Source of the DNA: an uncultured Litoreibacter sp. | GTDB taxonomy: Bacteria > Pseudomonadota > Alphaproteobacteria > Rhodobacterales > Rhodobacteraceae | Assembly (NCBI RefSeq): GCF_947487515.1 | Contig: NZ_CANKWO010000003.1 | Coordinates: forward strand, 139,103-203,102 | Reading direction: 5' to 3' | Length of the DNA stretch: 64,000 nucleotides | In this document: positions 45,817-55,604 of the stretch, piece by piece | Position numbering within the stretch: position 1 is the stretch's first letter | Layout: each line of letters starts with the position of its first letter | Notes under the pieces: model-generated | Told to the model about the DNA's origin: nothing | Database searches by the model: none | Seen by the model: only the letters and a program-made list of their open reading frames with translations | Position numbers and translations under genes: made by a program

Positions 45817-46863
45817 ATGAACATCCCAATAAGCATGCAAGGCATCGCTATGGTCGGTCACGGCGGCCCAGAAATGCTTGAGTGGCGTGAAGATTTACCC
45901 GTACCGACTTTGGATAAGGGAGATGTGCTGGTTCGCGTGCGCGCGGCGGGCGTGAACAACACGGATATCAACACACGTATCGGTTGGTACTCCAAGGGGG
46001 ATGCCGACGCTGATGACGCTGCATGGAATGGGTCGGCGTTGACGTTTCCCCGTATTCAAGGTGCAGATGTTTGTGGTCACATTGCCGCTGTGGGCGAAGG
46101 CGTCGATCAGGGCCGCATTGGAGAGCGGATATTGATTGAGCCATCACTTCAAGAGGTTGATGGGCAGGTTTTGGATGTGCCCGTCTACTACGGCTCTGAA
46201 GCCGATGGAGGGTTCGCCCAATACACCAAGGTTGCCGCCCGCCATGCCCATTCCGTCACCAGTGATTTGACGGATGTAGAGTTGGCTTCATTTCCGTGCT
46301 CATACTCCACAGCTGAGAACATGCTCACGCGGGCAAATCTGCAATCGGGTGAAACGGTGTTGATAACCGGCGCATCAGGTGGTGTGGGGTCGGCTGCTGT
46401 GCAATTGGCGCGCGCCCGCGGCGCAAACATCGTGGCCGTGACCAGCCCTTCGAAAGCGACTGCGCTGACTGAATTGGGCGCAACAAAAACATTGGGGCGC
46501 AATGACGATTATGTTGCATCACTTGGCTTGAACAGCGTCGATGTGGTCGTGGATTTGGTGGCTGGCCCGAAATGGCCATCGCTGTTGGACGTATTACGCC
46601 CCGGTGGGCGGTATGCGGTGTCAGGCGCTATCGGCGGCCCTATCGTGGAGTTGGATGTACGCAGTCTTTACCTAAAAGATCTAAGCTTCTTTGGGTGCAC
46701 AATTTTGGAACAGCAAGTGTTTGGCAACCTTGTGAAATTGATTGAGACCGGAAAGATTGACCCGCTGGTTGCAGAAACCCACAACTTGCGGGACATCAAC
46801 AAAGCACAAAAATCTTTTCTAGAGAAAAACCACATTGGAAAGATTGTTCTAAACGTAGATTGA
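45817..46863 (+). CDS. zinc-type alcohol dehydrogenase/MDR family oxidoreductase
   Basis: GVNNTD, ITGASGGVGS and a HIGKIVL tail. ATG 45817 is preceded by GGAGG. Confidence 0.85.
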   Translation: MNIPISMQGIAMVGHGGPEMLEWREDLPVPTLDKGDVLVRVRAAGVNNTDINTRIGWYSKGDADADDAAWNGSALTFPRIQGADVCGHIAAVGEGVDQGRIGERILIEPSLQEVDGQVLDVPVYYGSEADGGFAQYTKVAARHAHSVTSDLTDVELASFPCSYSTAENMLTRANLQSGETVLITGASGGVGSAAVQLARARGANIVAVTSPSKATALTELGATKTLGRNDDYVASLGLNSVDVVVDLVAGPKWPSLLDVLRPGGRYAVSGAIGGPIVELDVRSLYLKDLSFFGCTILEQQVFGNLVKLIETGKIDPLVAETHNLRDINKAQKSFLEKNHIGKIVLNVD

Positions 46864-47000
46864 TCAAATAATACGCCGCACTTTCGCCCATTGATTTCGG
46901 ATTAAGCGAGAGGGCGCGGAAACCGAAGCTTTGTCAGAAAACTGTTGTGAGACTCAGCCAGATGAGTGCTCAATCAGAGAAATATATAGGGAAGACTGTT

Positions 47001-48959
47001 ATGACAAAAATCACTTTTGACCGACGCAACTTTTTGATGGGCACCGCTGCTTTGATCGCAGTTCACCCGTTTTCGGCGCGTGCTGCATCTAACCAAGCGC
47101 ATTTGCGGATTATGGAAACGACCGACCTGCATGTGCATGTGTTTCCCTATGATTACTACGCCGACAAGCAACGCGACACCGTAGGGCTTGCCCGCACCGC
47201 CTCGATCATCGGCGAAATCCGCGCGGAGGCCACGAACTCGATGTTGATCGACAATGGCGACTTCCTGCAAGGCAACCCGATGGGGGATTACATCGCCTAT
47301 GAGCGCGGCCTGAAAGAGGGCGACAAACACCCCGTCATCCAAGCGATGAACGCCGTTGGGTTTGATGCCTCCACCTTGGGCAACCATGAATTCAACTATG
47401 GGTTGGAGTTCCTAGGCAAAGCACTGGCAGGCGCGGACTTCCCAGTGGTGTCGGCCAACGTCGTGAAGGAAATGGGCGCAGAGCCGACCAAAGACAAAAC
47501 CCTGCTGCCGCCCTTTGTGATCTTGGACCGCATGATCATCGACGGGGATGGCAACAGCCACCCGATCAAAGTGGGCCTCATCGGCTTCGTTCCGCCGCAG
47601 GTGATGAACTGGGACCGCAAGCATCTGGAAGGCAACGTACAGGCGCGCGATATCGTTGATACCGCCAAGGCCTATGTGCCTTTGATGAAAGAACAGGGTG
47701 CAGATATTATCATCGCCCTTAGCCACTCTGGCATCGGAGCTGCGGATCATTCTGACGGCATGGAAAACGCATCTGTGCCTTTGGCGATGGTTGACGGCAT
47801 CGACGCGATCCTGACGGGCCACAGCCACCTTGTGTTCCCCGGACCGAAGTTTGAAAATTTCGCAGGTGTTGATGCCGAGAAAGGGACGATCCACGGCAAA
47901 CCAGCGGCCATGGGGGGCTTCTGGGGGTCACACCTTGGCGTGATTGATCTGATGCTGGAGCGTTCTGGCAACGAGTGGAAAATCGTATCCCACATGTCTG
48001 AGGCCCGCCCGATTTCAAAGCGCAACGAAGACCGCTCAACCACCGCATTGGTGGAAAGCGACGAGGCAGTGCTGGCCTCCGTTGCCAAAGAACACGAAGA
48101 AACGCTGGCCTATGTGCGCCGCGCAGTGGGCAAGACAGACGCCGCGTTGCACAGCTACTTTGCCTTGGTGGCGGATGATCCTTCGGTGCAAATCGTATCC
48201 AACGCGCAAATTTGGTACATTGAGGATCAACTGAAAGGCACCGAGCATGAAGGCCTGCCGATCCTGTCCGCAGCGGCGCCGTTCAAGGCCGGCGGTCGTG
48301 GTGGCCCAGAGTATTTCACCGATGTGCCAGTGGGTGATGTGGCGATCAAGCATGTCGCTGACCTGTATTTGTACCCCAACACCGTGCGTGCAGTGCGCGT
48401 GACGGGCGCGCAGGTGAAGAACTGGCTGGAACGCTCTGCGGGAATGTTCAACCAGATCAAAGCGGGCGAAGGGGATCAGGTTTTGTTGAACCCCGAATTC
48501 CCAAGCTACAACTTTGATGTGATTGACGGGGTTGAGTACCAAATCGACTTGTCGCAACCGTCGATGTTCACCTCCAAAGGGGAGCCGTTGAACGCAGATG
48601 CCAACCGCATCGTGAATTTGACCTTCAACGGCAAGCCGATTGATCCCGCGCAAGAGTTCATCATCGCGACGAACAACTACCGCGCATCCGGCGGCGGAAG
48701 CTTCCCGGGAACAGGCGATACAATCGTGTTTGAAGGCCCAGACACCAACCGCGACGTCATCGTGCGCTACATCGTCGACAAAGGCACTGTCAGCCCGCGT
48801 GCGGACGCCAACTGGACCTTTGCGCCAATGGAAGGCACCAGCGTTCTGTTCGATACAGGCCCAGCCGCCAGCACCTACATGGGTGACGTAACCAGCGTAA
48901 ACATTGAAGAAGCGGGCGAGGGCCCCGAGGGGTTCGCACGTTTCCGCATCGCGCTGTAA
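47001..48959 (+). CDS. cpdB: bifunctional 2',3'-cyclic-nucleotide 2'-phosphodiesterase/3'-nucleotidase
   Basis: Tat-type signal [11 protein letters not shown], metallophosphoesterase motifs ([23 protein letters not shown]) and a 5'-nucleotidase C-domain. Confidence 0.9.
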   Translation: MTKITFDRRNFLMGTAALIAVHPFSARAASNQAHLRIMETTDLHVHVFPYDYYADKQRDTVGLARTASIIGEIRAEATNSMLIDNGDFLQGNPMGDYIAYERGLKEGDKHPVIQAMNAVGFDASTLGNHEFNYGLEFLGKALAGADFPVVSANVVKEMGAEPTKDKTLLPPFVILDRMIIDGDGNSHPIKVGLIGFVPPQVMNWDRKHLEGNVQARDIVDTAKAYVPLMKEQGADIIIALSHSGIGAADHSDGMENASVPLAMVDGIDAILTGHSHLVFPGPKFENFAGVDAEKGTIHGKPAAMGGFWGSHLGVIDLMLERSGNEWKIVSHMSEARPISKRNEDRSTTALVESDEAVLASVAKEHEETLAYVRRAVGKTDAALHSYFALVADDPSVQIVSNAQIWYIEDQLKGTEHEGLPILSAAAPFKAGGRGGPEYFTDVPVGDVAIKHVADLYLYPNTVRAVRVTGAQVKNWLERSAGMFNQIKAGEGDQVLLNPEFPSYNFDVIDGVEYQIDLSQPSMFTSKGEPLNADANRIVNLTFNGKPIDPAQEFIIATNNYRASGGGSFPGTGDTIVFEGPDTNRDVIVRYIVDKGTVSPRADANWTFAPMEGTSVLFDTGPAASTYMGDVTSVNIEEAGEGPEGFARFRIAL

Positions 48960-49007
48960 GTCAAACACAGGCTTGACCAGAGCAGGGAAAGGGGGCTGAT
49001 TGGGGCC

Positions 49008-49571
49008 ATGAAATATCTTTCCCTGCTTTTGCTATTCTTGTTTCCGGCGCCCGCCTTCGCAGATGAGCCTTGTGCCGACCTGTGGTGGTCGCGCAATCAT
49101 TTGTTTGATCAGGCTGGGTATTGTTTTGCATCCCCGCTGGGGCAGTCAGTCTTTGACAACAGCGACTGCACCACTAAGGCGCCCCCCAAGCTGTCGCCCG
49201 CGGCCAGCAAAACCGTATCAGCCATTCGCGAGGAAGAAGCGCTCTGGGGCTGCAAGGTAGATACCAAAGCCACAACTTTGGAATTGCAGCAACTCGCTCT
49301 GCGTCGAAGGCTAGAGGATGTGGCGGTGAATGACGGGTTGGAAAGCGCTTGTTTGAACTACCTCGGCCCCGAGTTCCATGTTCACGCGGCTGCGCGTGAC
49401 GGGGCTCCTGTAATTGGCACGATCCGCACAGGCGACAATATCGGCCTTGCGCATTACTCCGTTTTTGAAGGCTGGCTGTTCGTATCCTATGGCACCAACC
49501 TGTATCCCGACAGCCTAGTTGGCTGGGTCAGCCATGACTTTTGGAAGCAATGCGAACACGTCGCGGGTTAA
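49008..49571 (+). CDS. secreted Cys-containing protein with YARHG-like N-region and SH3b-like C-region
   Basis: Signal peptide MKYLSLLLLFLFPAPAFA. WWSRNHLFDQAGYCF resembles the YARHG motif. The C-terminal G.I..GD....-W..V...GWV pattern is SH3b-like. Confidence 0.5.
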   Translation: MKYLSLLLLFLFPAPAFADEPCADLWWSRNHLFDQAGYCFASPLGQSVFDNSDCTTKAPPKLSPAASKTVSAIREEEALWGCKVDTKATTLELQQLALRRRLEDVAVNDGLESACLNYLGPEFHVHAAARDGAPVIGTIRTGDNIGLAHYSVFEGWLFVSYGTNLYPDSLVGWVSHDFWKQCEHVAG

Positions 49572-50374
49572 TGCGCTGCTGTCTCGACCGGATCAAGCAA
49601 GGTGCGTCCTCCGTCGACGGTCATGATCTCACCGGTGATGAAATTCGAGCTGGGCGAACATAAGAACTGCACCGCCTCCGCCACCTCAGAGGCGGGCGCA
49701 ATACGTGACAAAGGCGTGTGCCCGATGATGTCTTCGCGCAGGTCGTCCGTCTCTTTCAGGGAGTTTTGCAAACTGGCGCTCATGACCGAGCCGAACGCCA
49801 CGGCATTCACGCGAATGCGGTTGGGGGCCAAGGCGATGGCCATGGTGCGCGTCATCTGATCAAGTGCTGCACAAGAGATCGAATACCCCATTAAACCAGG
49901 GCGTGAGCGGCGCGCGGCAATCGAGGACAGGTTCACAATGGAGCCCGCCATCTCACCATCCTCTAGGTCTTCGGATTGCTTTATCATGCGTTTGGCGATC
50001 AGCTGGCTCAAGCGCAAACCGGACAACAGGTTTTGTTGCAAAAGCTGCTCAACAGAATCGTCTTCGTCATCCATCGGATTGGTCGGCAGCACCTGCCGCG
50101 ACGCGTTCACCAAGATGTCGACACGGTCAAAGGCATCGATGGTCGCAGAGAGCAAATTCGCCTGAGACAGCTTTTCGCGCAAGTCGCATGAAAAAATGCG
50201 CGATGTGCTTTCGTCTTCTGCCATGTCCCCCATTTCGGCGCGCAGATGCTTTTCATCGCGATCGGCCATCATAACGTTGGCCCCCTGTGCGATGAAATGC
50301 CGAGCGATCGCAAGGCCGACCCCGTTTGCAGCGCCTGTAATAATGGCGGTCTTACCAGCAATGGAAAATGACAT
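49568..50374 (-). CDS. SDR-family oxidoreductase
   Basis: GKTAIITGAANGVG, YSISCAA (YxxxC in place of the usual YxxxK) and a C-terminal TG..M.VDGG motif. Confidence 0.85.
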   Translation of the reverse strand: MSFSIAGKTAIITGAANGVGLAIARHFIAQGANVMMADRDEKHLRAEMGDMAEDESTSRIFSCDLREKLSQANLLSATIDAFDRVDILVNASRQVLPTNPMDDEDDSVEQLLQQNLLSGLRLSQLIAKRMIKQSEDLEDGEMAGSIVNLSSIAARRSRPGLMGYSISCAALDQMTRTMAIALAPNRIRVNAVAFGSVMSASLQNSLKETDDLREDIIGHTPLSRIAPASEVAEAVQFLCSPSSNFITGEIMTVDGGRTLLDPVETAAH

Positions 50375-50416
50375 TGGACTGTCTCCGGTTGAGTGGTGGG
50401 GTCAGGCTAGGGTGAT

Positions 50417-51436
50417 TCAGCGTTTTGTGCGAGTTTTTTGCGGCGCGGCCTGAGGGCGGCGTGCGCAGATCACTTTGAAACCGGCTGTTTGGGCAACGGT
50501 GTCAACTTGCCCGAAACGCTCGTTTAGGGTTTGCTCATAGGGAAGGTTGCGATTGGCGACCATCCAGAATTGGCCCTTTGGCATCAACATGTCAGCCGCG
50601 CGGCGGATGAACATTTGACCCAACTCAGGCATTGGCTTTCGCCCAAGATGGAACGGCGGATTCGAGACAACAGCCGCATAATTGCTGCCGACATGATAGG
50701 TCACATCGCCCCAATGGAACGCGGCGCGCGGATCGGTGATGTTCAATTTTGCAGCGTCTATCGCGTGGTGATCTGCCTCGACCAAATCTAAAGATTTGAC
50801 GCCCTCGGAGGTCAGAATTTTGCGCGCCAAATACCCCCAACCCGCACCAAGGTCCGCAACAGGGCCTTTGAAGTCCGGCAGATGTTCGGCCAGCAACGCC
50901 GAGCCCTTATCGATGCCATCTGCCGAAAACACGCCAGGAAATGTGGTGAAGCCACTTGCAAGAGAGATCGGCTTTGCGATCCAATCGCTGATATCTGGCA
51001 CGGTTTCAGGGCGTGTGAACCAAAACATCTTTCCGTGTGACTTGGAGTAAACCTCCACCCCGTCAAATCGAGCGCGCACCGATTTGAGAACCGATTCCGC
51101 GCCATCAGTTTTGGCCCCCTCGATGGCTATCACGCCGCCGACGGCCGTCTGCTCTAGGGCGCGGGCGATCAGATCGAAGGTGGCAGGCTTAGATCGGTGA
51201 CACATGACCAAGCTGGCCGTCACGGGCCTAGTGGCGCCGACGGTGATGTTGAAGCCCCGCGACGCCAAGGCCTTGTGATCCGGATAGAAGCTTTGTGTCA
51301 GATGCAAACGGTCGGCCTGTGCAAAGCTCAGGTCCATGTCGCCAGCCGCATTTAGAACGGCGACGTCACCATCGGGCAGGCTCAGGAGGTCTTGCTCCAG
51401 CGCCAGTGAAAAACGAGTATCTGTCATAGGGGGCAA
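50417..51436 (-). CDS. class I SAM-dependent methyltransferase, RsmC/RlmG-like
   Basis: DLGAGWG SAM motif, VSNPPFH catalytic motif and a duplicated N-domain, as in 16S m2G1207 methyltransferases. Confidence 0.8.
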   Translation of the reverse strand: MPPMTDTRFSLALEQDLLSLPDGDVAVLNAAGDMDLSFAQADRLHLTQSFYPDHKALASRGFNITVGATRPVTASLVMCHRSKPATFDLIARALEQTAVGGVIAIEGAKTDGAESVLKSVRARFDGVEVYSKSHGKMFWFTRPETVPDISDWIAKPISLASGFTTFPGVFSADGIDKGSALLAEHLPDFKGPVADLGAGWGYLARKILTSEGVKSLDLVEADHHAIDAAKLNITDPRAAFHWGDVTYHVGSNYAAVVSNPPFHLGRKPMPELGQMFIRRAADMLMPKGQFWMVANRNLPYEQTLNERFGQVDTVAQTAGFKVICARRPQAAPQKTRTKR

Positions 51437-51448
51437 TAGGCGCGCGGC

Positions 51449-51769
51449 CTACTCTTTCTCCATCGTGCATTGAAGCGGATGTTGATTGCTGCGGGCCGAT
51501 TCCATGACCTGCGCGACCTTCGTTTCGGCGATTTCAAAGGCGAAGACGCCCACAACTGCCAGCCCCTTCTTGTGGACTGTCAGCATGATTTCGACAGATT
51601 GCGCATGGTTGAGGCCGAAGAATCGTTCCAGTACCAGCACCACGAATTCCATCGGGGTGTAGTCGTCGTTGAGCAGCAGCACCTTATACATCGGTGGCCG
51701 TTTGGTTTTAGGTTTGGTCTTCGTAACAACGGCAACGTCGCCCTCGGCGTCGTCATCTTTGTCGGACAT
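51449..51769 (-). CDS. clpS: ATP-dependent Clp protease adaptor ClpS
   Basis: [21 protein letters not shown]...F core. Trimmed to ATG 51769 (MSDKDDD). Confidence 0.9.
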   Translation of the reverse strand: MSDKDDDAEGDVAVVTKTKPKTKRPPMYKVLLLNDDYTPMEFVVLVLERFFGLNHAQSVEIMLTVHKKGLAVVGVFAFEIAETKVAQVMESARSNQHPLQCTMEKE

Positions 51770-51882
51770 GGTGATCTCAAACGGGGTCACGGGCAGCATT
51801 CCCTTGCGGCGGCAGACTTTCGGTTGGCGAGGCCTACTATATAAGCGACAGGTGAGTCCAGAAAAGGGGGGCAGTTTGAAAA

Positions 51883-52593
51883 ATGAGTCATATAATTACG
51901 ACTATCGGTTTTGATGCAGATGACACGCTTTGGGAAAACGAAGAGTTTTTCCGCCTCACGCAGGATGTTTTCTACGACTTACTGCGCGATTATGCGGACC
52001 CCGAGCACTTGGCGGATCGCCTGCTGCAATCAGAGCGCAAAAACCTCGGTCACTACGGATTTGGGGTCAAAGGTTTTGTGTTGTCGATGATCGAAACGGC
52101 CATTGAGGTGACTGAGCAAAAGGTCCCAGCCTCGGTCATTCAAACGATCATTGAAGCGGGCCAAGAGATGCTGCGCCATCCTGTGAACCTGCTGCCCCAC
52201 GCCCGCGAGGCGGTGGAAGTTCTTGGACGGGATTTCAAGCTGGTGCTGATTACCAAAGGCGACATTTTGGACCAAGAACGCAAGCTTGCCCAATCAGGGC
52301 TTGGCGAGATGTTCGACGCGGTGGAAATCGTCGCGGATAAAACACCGCAGACCTACATTCGTGCATTTATGCGCCACGGCCATGGGCCGGACCGTGCAAT
52401 TATGGTGGGCAATTCGATGAAATCCGATGTCGTCCCCGCCATTGAGGCAGGGGGATGGGGGGTGCATGTTCCAGCTAAATATGAGTGGGAAATGGAACAG
52501 GCCGAGGCCCCCGTCGGGCACCCGCGGTTCTTTCAAATGACAAACCTGAGCGAGCTAGAAAATCTGGTTGCAGACATCCGCTCTGGAAGGTGA
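51883..52593 (+). CDS. HAD-superfamily hydrolase
   Basis: [10 protein letters not shown] (DxDxT), LITKGD and MVGNSMKSD motifs. Confidence 0.8.
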   Translation: MSHIITTIGFDADDTLWENEEFFRLTQDVFYDLLRDYADPEHLADRLLQSERKNLGHYGFGVKGFVLSMIETAIEVTEQKVPASVIQTIIEAGQEMLRHPVNLLPHAREAVEVLGRDFKLVLITKGDILDQERKLAQSGLGEMFDAVEIVADKTPQTYIRAFMRHGHGPDRAIMVGNSMKSDVVPAIEAGGWGVHVPAKYEWEMEQAEAPVGHPRFFQMTNLSELENLVADIRSGR

Positions 52594-52595
52594 GT

Positions 52596-53186
52596 TCATT
52601 TTTTCGGCGTCAGTTGGGGCAAGATCAGCTCGAAGGGCATAGCGGCGCCATCTTCTGGCGAGATCAGCTTATTGTAGGCCCGCAAACTGGCGTAGCCGTG
52701 CACAAGTGACCAAATCATGATTTCGTGGCCCTGACTGTGCTTGGGGGACGGCTCGAACAAGGCGCAGGTGTCTTCCAGCAATCTGAACGCTCTGTTTGCA
52801 CTTTTTCGGAAGTCTTCATCCACGTTGGCATGGGGTTTGATGTCGGTCGAAAAAATCAACTCGAAGAGCGCTTCATTCTCGGCCGCGAACTGCAGATACC
52901 CTTGGCACAAACCCAATAGCTGGTTTTGAGGATCTTTCGGGGCAGCGTCCCTGTTTTTCTCCATCAGATCGGCGAAAACCTGAAACCCTTTCGCAGCAAT
53001 GGCGACGAGCAATGCCGCCTTGCCCTTGAAGTGGTGGGCTGGGGCCGCATGTGTCACGCCCACTCGGGTCGCAATTTTGCGCAAGGACAAACCCTTGGTG
53101 CCTTCGGTTTCCAAAATGTCGATCCCTGCTTGTATCAAAGCGGGTCGCAGGTTTCCGTGATGGTGAGGAGTGTTTTCAGACGTCAT
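52596..53186 (-). CDS. TetR/AcrR-family transcriptional regulator
   Basis: N-terminal HTH LSLRKIATRVGVTHAAPAHHF. Divergent from a membrane-protein gene, with operator palindromes in between. Confidence 0.9.
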   Translation of the reverse strand: MTSENTPHHHGNLRPALIQAGIDILETEGTKGLSLRKIATRVGVTHAAPAHHFKGKAALLVAIAAKGFQVFADLMEKNRDAAPKDPQNQLLGLCQGYLQFAAENEALFELIFSTDIKPHANVDEDFRKSANRAFRLLEDTCALFEPSPKHSQGHEIMIWSLVHGYASLRAYNKLISPEDGAAMPFELILPQLTPKK

Positions 53187-53198
53187 GGTGTCACTTGG

Positions 53199-53222
53199 GT
53201 CAAGTTGCTTGACAGTGTCAAG
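53199..53222. promoter_or_regulatory. operator-like inverted repeats GTCAAG-TTG-CTTGAC-AGT-GTCAAG (contains perfect 15-bp palindrome CTTGACAGTGTCAAG at 53208-53222)
   Basis: Read directly from the sequence; lies between the divergent tetR (start 53186) and the DUF2306 gene (start 53291). Confidence 0.6.
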
Positions 53223-53235
53223 TTCGAGACACTAT

Positions 53236-53250
53236 CTTTACAGTGTAAAG
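53236..53250. promoter_or_regulatory. second operator-like perfect 15-bp palindrome CTTTACAGTGTAAAG
   Basis: Same half-site architecture as 53208-53222, with centres 28 bp apart, in the same divergent promoter region. Confidence 0.6.
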
Positions 53251-53290
53251 TTTGAGTCGAGCACTCTGCCCCAATAGCGAAAGGTCCATC

Positions 53291-53902
53291 ATGTCGCCTA
53301 GAAAACCATTGAAATGGCTCAACGCGCTTTTGTGCATTCTTGTGGCGATTGTATCTTGGCGATTTATCGTTCTGGGTGTCGAGGCCAGCATGGAGTTCAT
53401 GCTTTACCATGCGCAGCAGCGGCCCCTTTCGTTCTACGCACATGTTGGCCTAGCACCATTGGCTTTGCTACTGATGCCGTTTCAGTTTTGGACGGGGCTT
53501 CGTCTGCGACGCCCCAAAACGCATCGATGGATCGGTCGGGTTTATGTCTTGGCGATTGTGATCTCAGGCGTCGGGGCGTTGTTCATGGCGGTGAACACCC
53601 GTACGGGGCTTGTTGCGGGGACGGGGTTTGGATTGCTGGCTCTGGTTTGGCTTGGCACGACCTTGCGGGGAATTTGGCTTGCGCGTGCGAAGCGGATTGC
53701 AGAGCATCAAGTCTGGATGATCCGTTCCGCCGCGTTGACGTTCGCAGCCGTTACCTTGCGGTTGTATCTTCCGCTGTCCCAAGTCGCCGGTTTGCCGATG
53801 GAGGCATCCTATGCAGCCATCGCATGGGCGTGTTGGGTGCCGAACCTAATCGTGGCCGAAATTTGGATTGTGAACAGGATCCAGCGTCAGGTGCTTGCAT
53901 GA
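53291..53902 (+). CDS. DUF2306-like polytopic membrane protein
   Basis: About 200 aa with six predicted helices and a H.W..R-type segment (HRWIGRVY, HQVWMIRS) as remembered for DUF2306. ATG 53291. Confidence 0.65.
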   Translation: MSPRKPLKWLNALLCILVAIVSWRFIVLGVEASMEFMLYHAQQRPLSFYAHVGLAPLALLLMPFQFWTGLRLRRPKTHRWIGRVYVLAIVISGVGALFMAVNTRTGLVAGTGFGLLALVWLGTTLRGIWLARAKRIAEHQVWMIRSAALTFAAVTLRLYLPLSQVAGLPMEASYAAIAWACWVPNLIVAEIWIVNRIQRQVLA

Positions 53903-53933
53903 CAGCGGCCCCGCGCATTCCATAACCTTTGGG

Positions 53934-55349
53934 CTAATTCGTCTCTGGGAGTACTTTTCCAGGGTTCATGATGTTGTCAGGGTCGATTGCGGCTTTCACC
54001 GAACGCATCACAGCCAGCGCGACCTTGTCTTTGCGCCGCGCCATGGACGGCTTTTTGGTCAGGCCGATTCCATGTTCCGCAGAGAAGCTGCCACCAAGTG
54101 ACAGGACAACGTCCTCTACCATCTCGGTCAACATATCGACATGCTGGGGATCACCCTGCGTGGGAAACAACAAGAAGTGAATGTTGCCGTCTCCGAGGTG
54201 GCTGACCGACGTGTGCAGTGCTTGCGGGTCTAGGTCTACCAGCCGCGCGTCGATCTGGGTGAAAAAGTCGGCCACTTTGTCTACGGGCACGCAGATGTCG
54301 TTGTTGATCATCGGCTTGCGGATCAGCATCACCTCGCCCGCGTCCTCGCGGCGTTGCCACATATCGCGGCGCTGGCTGTCGTTCTGGGCAACGACGGCAT
54401 CCAGAATTCGGCCATCCTCCATCATGTTCGCCAGCGTGGTTTCCAACAGGGTGACCAATGGGGTTGTGCCATCTGCCTGCACAGCGGTCAGCATTGGCGC
54501 GGTGGCACCAACTTCGACCATGATGTTTACATCATGAGGGGCCTCAAACGGGGCACGGGCCTTGGGGAACATCGTTTGATGGTCCGAGATATAAAGCGCA
54601 TCCATGTATTCAAAGGCCTCAACCAAGCCGCCAGTGGCGGCCTGCAAGTCGTTCAATAACGTCAGCGCATCGGATAAAGCAGGCACGGCGACCATGGCCG
54701 TGGCGTAGGCGCGTGGCTTGGGCACCAGTTTCAACACCGCTGATGTGATCAACCCCAACGTTCCCTCGGCCCCGATGATCAGGTCTTTAAGGTCGTAGCC
54801 CGAATTGTCTTTGTGCAGCTCACTCATCAGGTTCATGATCTGACCGTCAGGCAGAACCACCTCCAACCCCAAGCACAGCCACCGCGTTGATCCATAGCGC
54901 ACCACGTTTGAGCCACCCGCATTGGTGCTGAGCGCGCCGCCAATCATCGCAGAGCCCTTTGCGCCAAACGTCAAAGGGAACACAAGGTCATGGGCATCTG
55001 CGGCATCGTGGATCGCCGACAACACCGCCCCAGCCCCGACAATCGCAATGCGGGCATTAGGGCGAATTTCACGGATGTCGTTCATGCGCTCCATTGAGAT
55101 CATCACCGCATCCTTCGCATAGGTGCCACCTGCAAGGGAGGTGTTGCCAGACACCGGAACGATCGCGGTTTTGGTGGCGGCGCAGGCTTTGACAATTTCG
55201 CTGACGTCTTGCGTAGACGCGGGGCGGACCACAGCGATAGGGGTCGCCTTATACTTGCCAGTCCAGTCGTGATCATATTTGGCCGTATCGGCATCCGTCA
55301 GAACGTGAGCATCGCCCACAATGTCGCGCAATTTGGTCAATAGTGTCAT
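53934..55349 (-). CDS. FAD-linked oxidase (GlcD / D-lactate / D-2-hydroxyacid dehydrogenase family)
   Basis: FAD_binding_4 pattern (P..VV.P.S..DV..IV......VPVSGNTSL.GG) and a C-terminal EHGIG...K motif. Confidence 0.9.
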   Translation of the reverse strand: MTLLTKLRDIVGDAHVLTDADTAKYDHDWTGKYKATPIAVVRPASTQDVSEIVKACAATKTAIVPVSGNTSLAGGTYAKDAVMISMERMNDIREIRPNARIAIVGAGAVLSAIHDAADAHDLVFPLTFGAKGSAMIGGALSTNAGGSNVVRYGSTRWLCLGLEVVLPDGQIMNLMSELHKDNSGYDLKDLIIGAEGTLGLITSAVLKLVPKPRAYATAMVAVPALSDALTLLNDLQAATGGLVEAFEYMDALYISDHQTMFPKARAPFEAPHDVNIMVEVGATAPMLTAVQADGTTPLVTLLETTLANMMEDGRILDAVVAQNDSQRRDMWQRREDAGEVMLIRKPMINNDICVPVDKVADFFTQIDARLVDLDPQALHTSVSHLGDGNIHFLLFPTQGDPQHVDMLTEMVEDVVLSLGGSFSAEHGIGLTKKPSMARRKDKVALAVMRSVKAAIDPDNIMNPGKVLPETN

Positions 55350-55459
55350 GGGGTCCTCCACTGCCTGAGCGAAGTTCTATCGCAAAGGCGCCAATGGCAA
55401 GCCTAATCCTGCGATTCCCGCTTGACCCCGCCGCTGTGGTTTCTTATTCCCCGCCCAGC

Positions 55460-55536
<77 letters not shown>

Positions 55537-55541
55537 AAGAA

Positions 55542-55579
55542 AGCCCGTGGATGCTGCAAAGCCTCCGCGGGCTTTTTTT
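55542..55579. terminator. intrinsic (probably bidirectional) terminator after the tRNA and the convergent lactonase gene
   Basis: Stem AGCCCGTGG/CCGCGGGCT (one G-U), followed by TTTTTTT and preceded by an A-rich tract. Confidence 0.75.
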
Positions 55580-55604
55580 ATGGCCTTGGGCCGAGCTGCG
55601 AATT

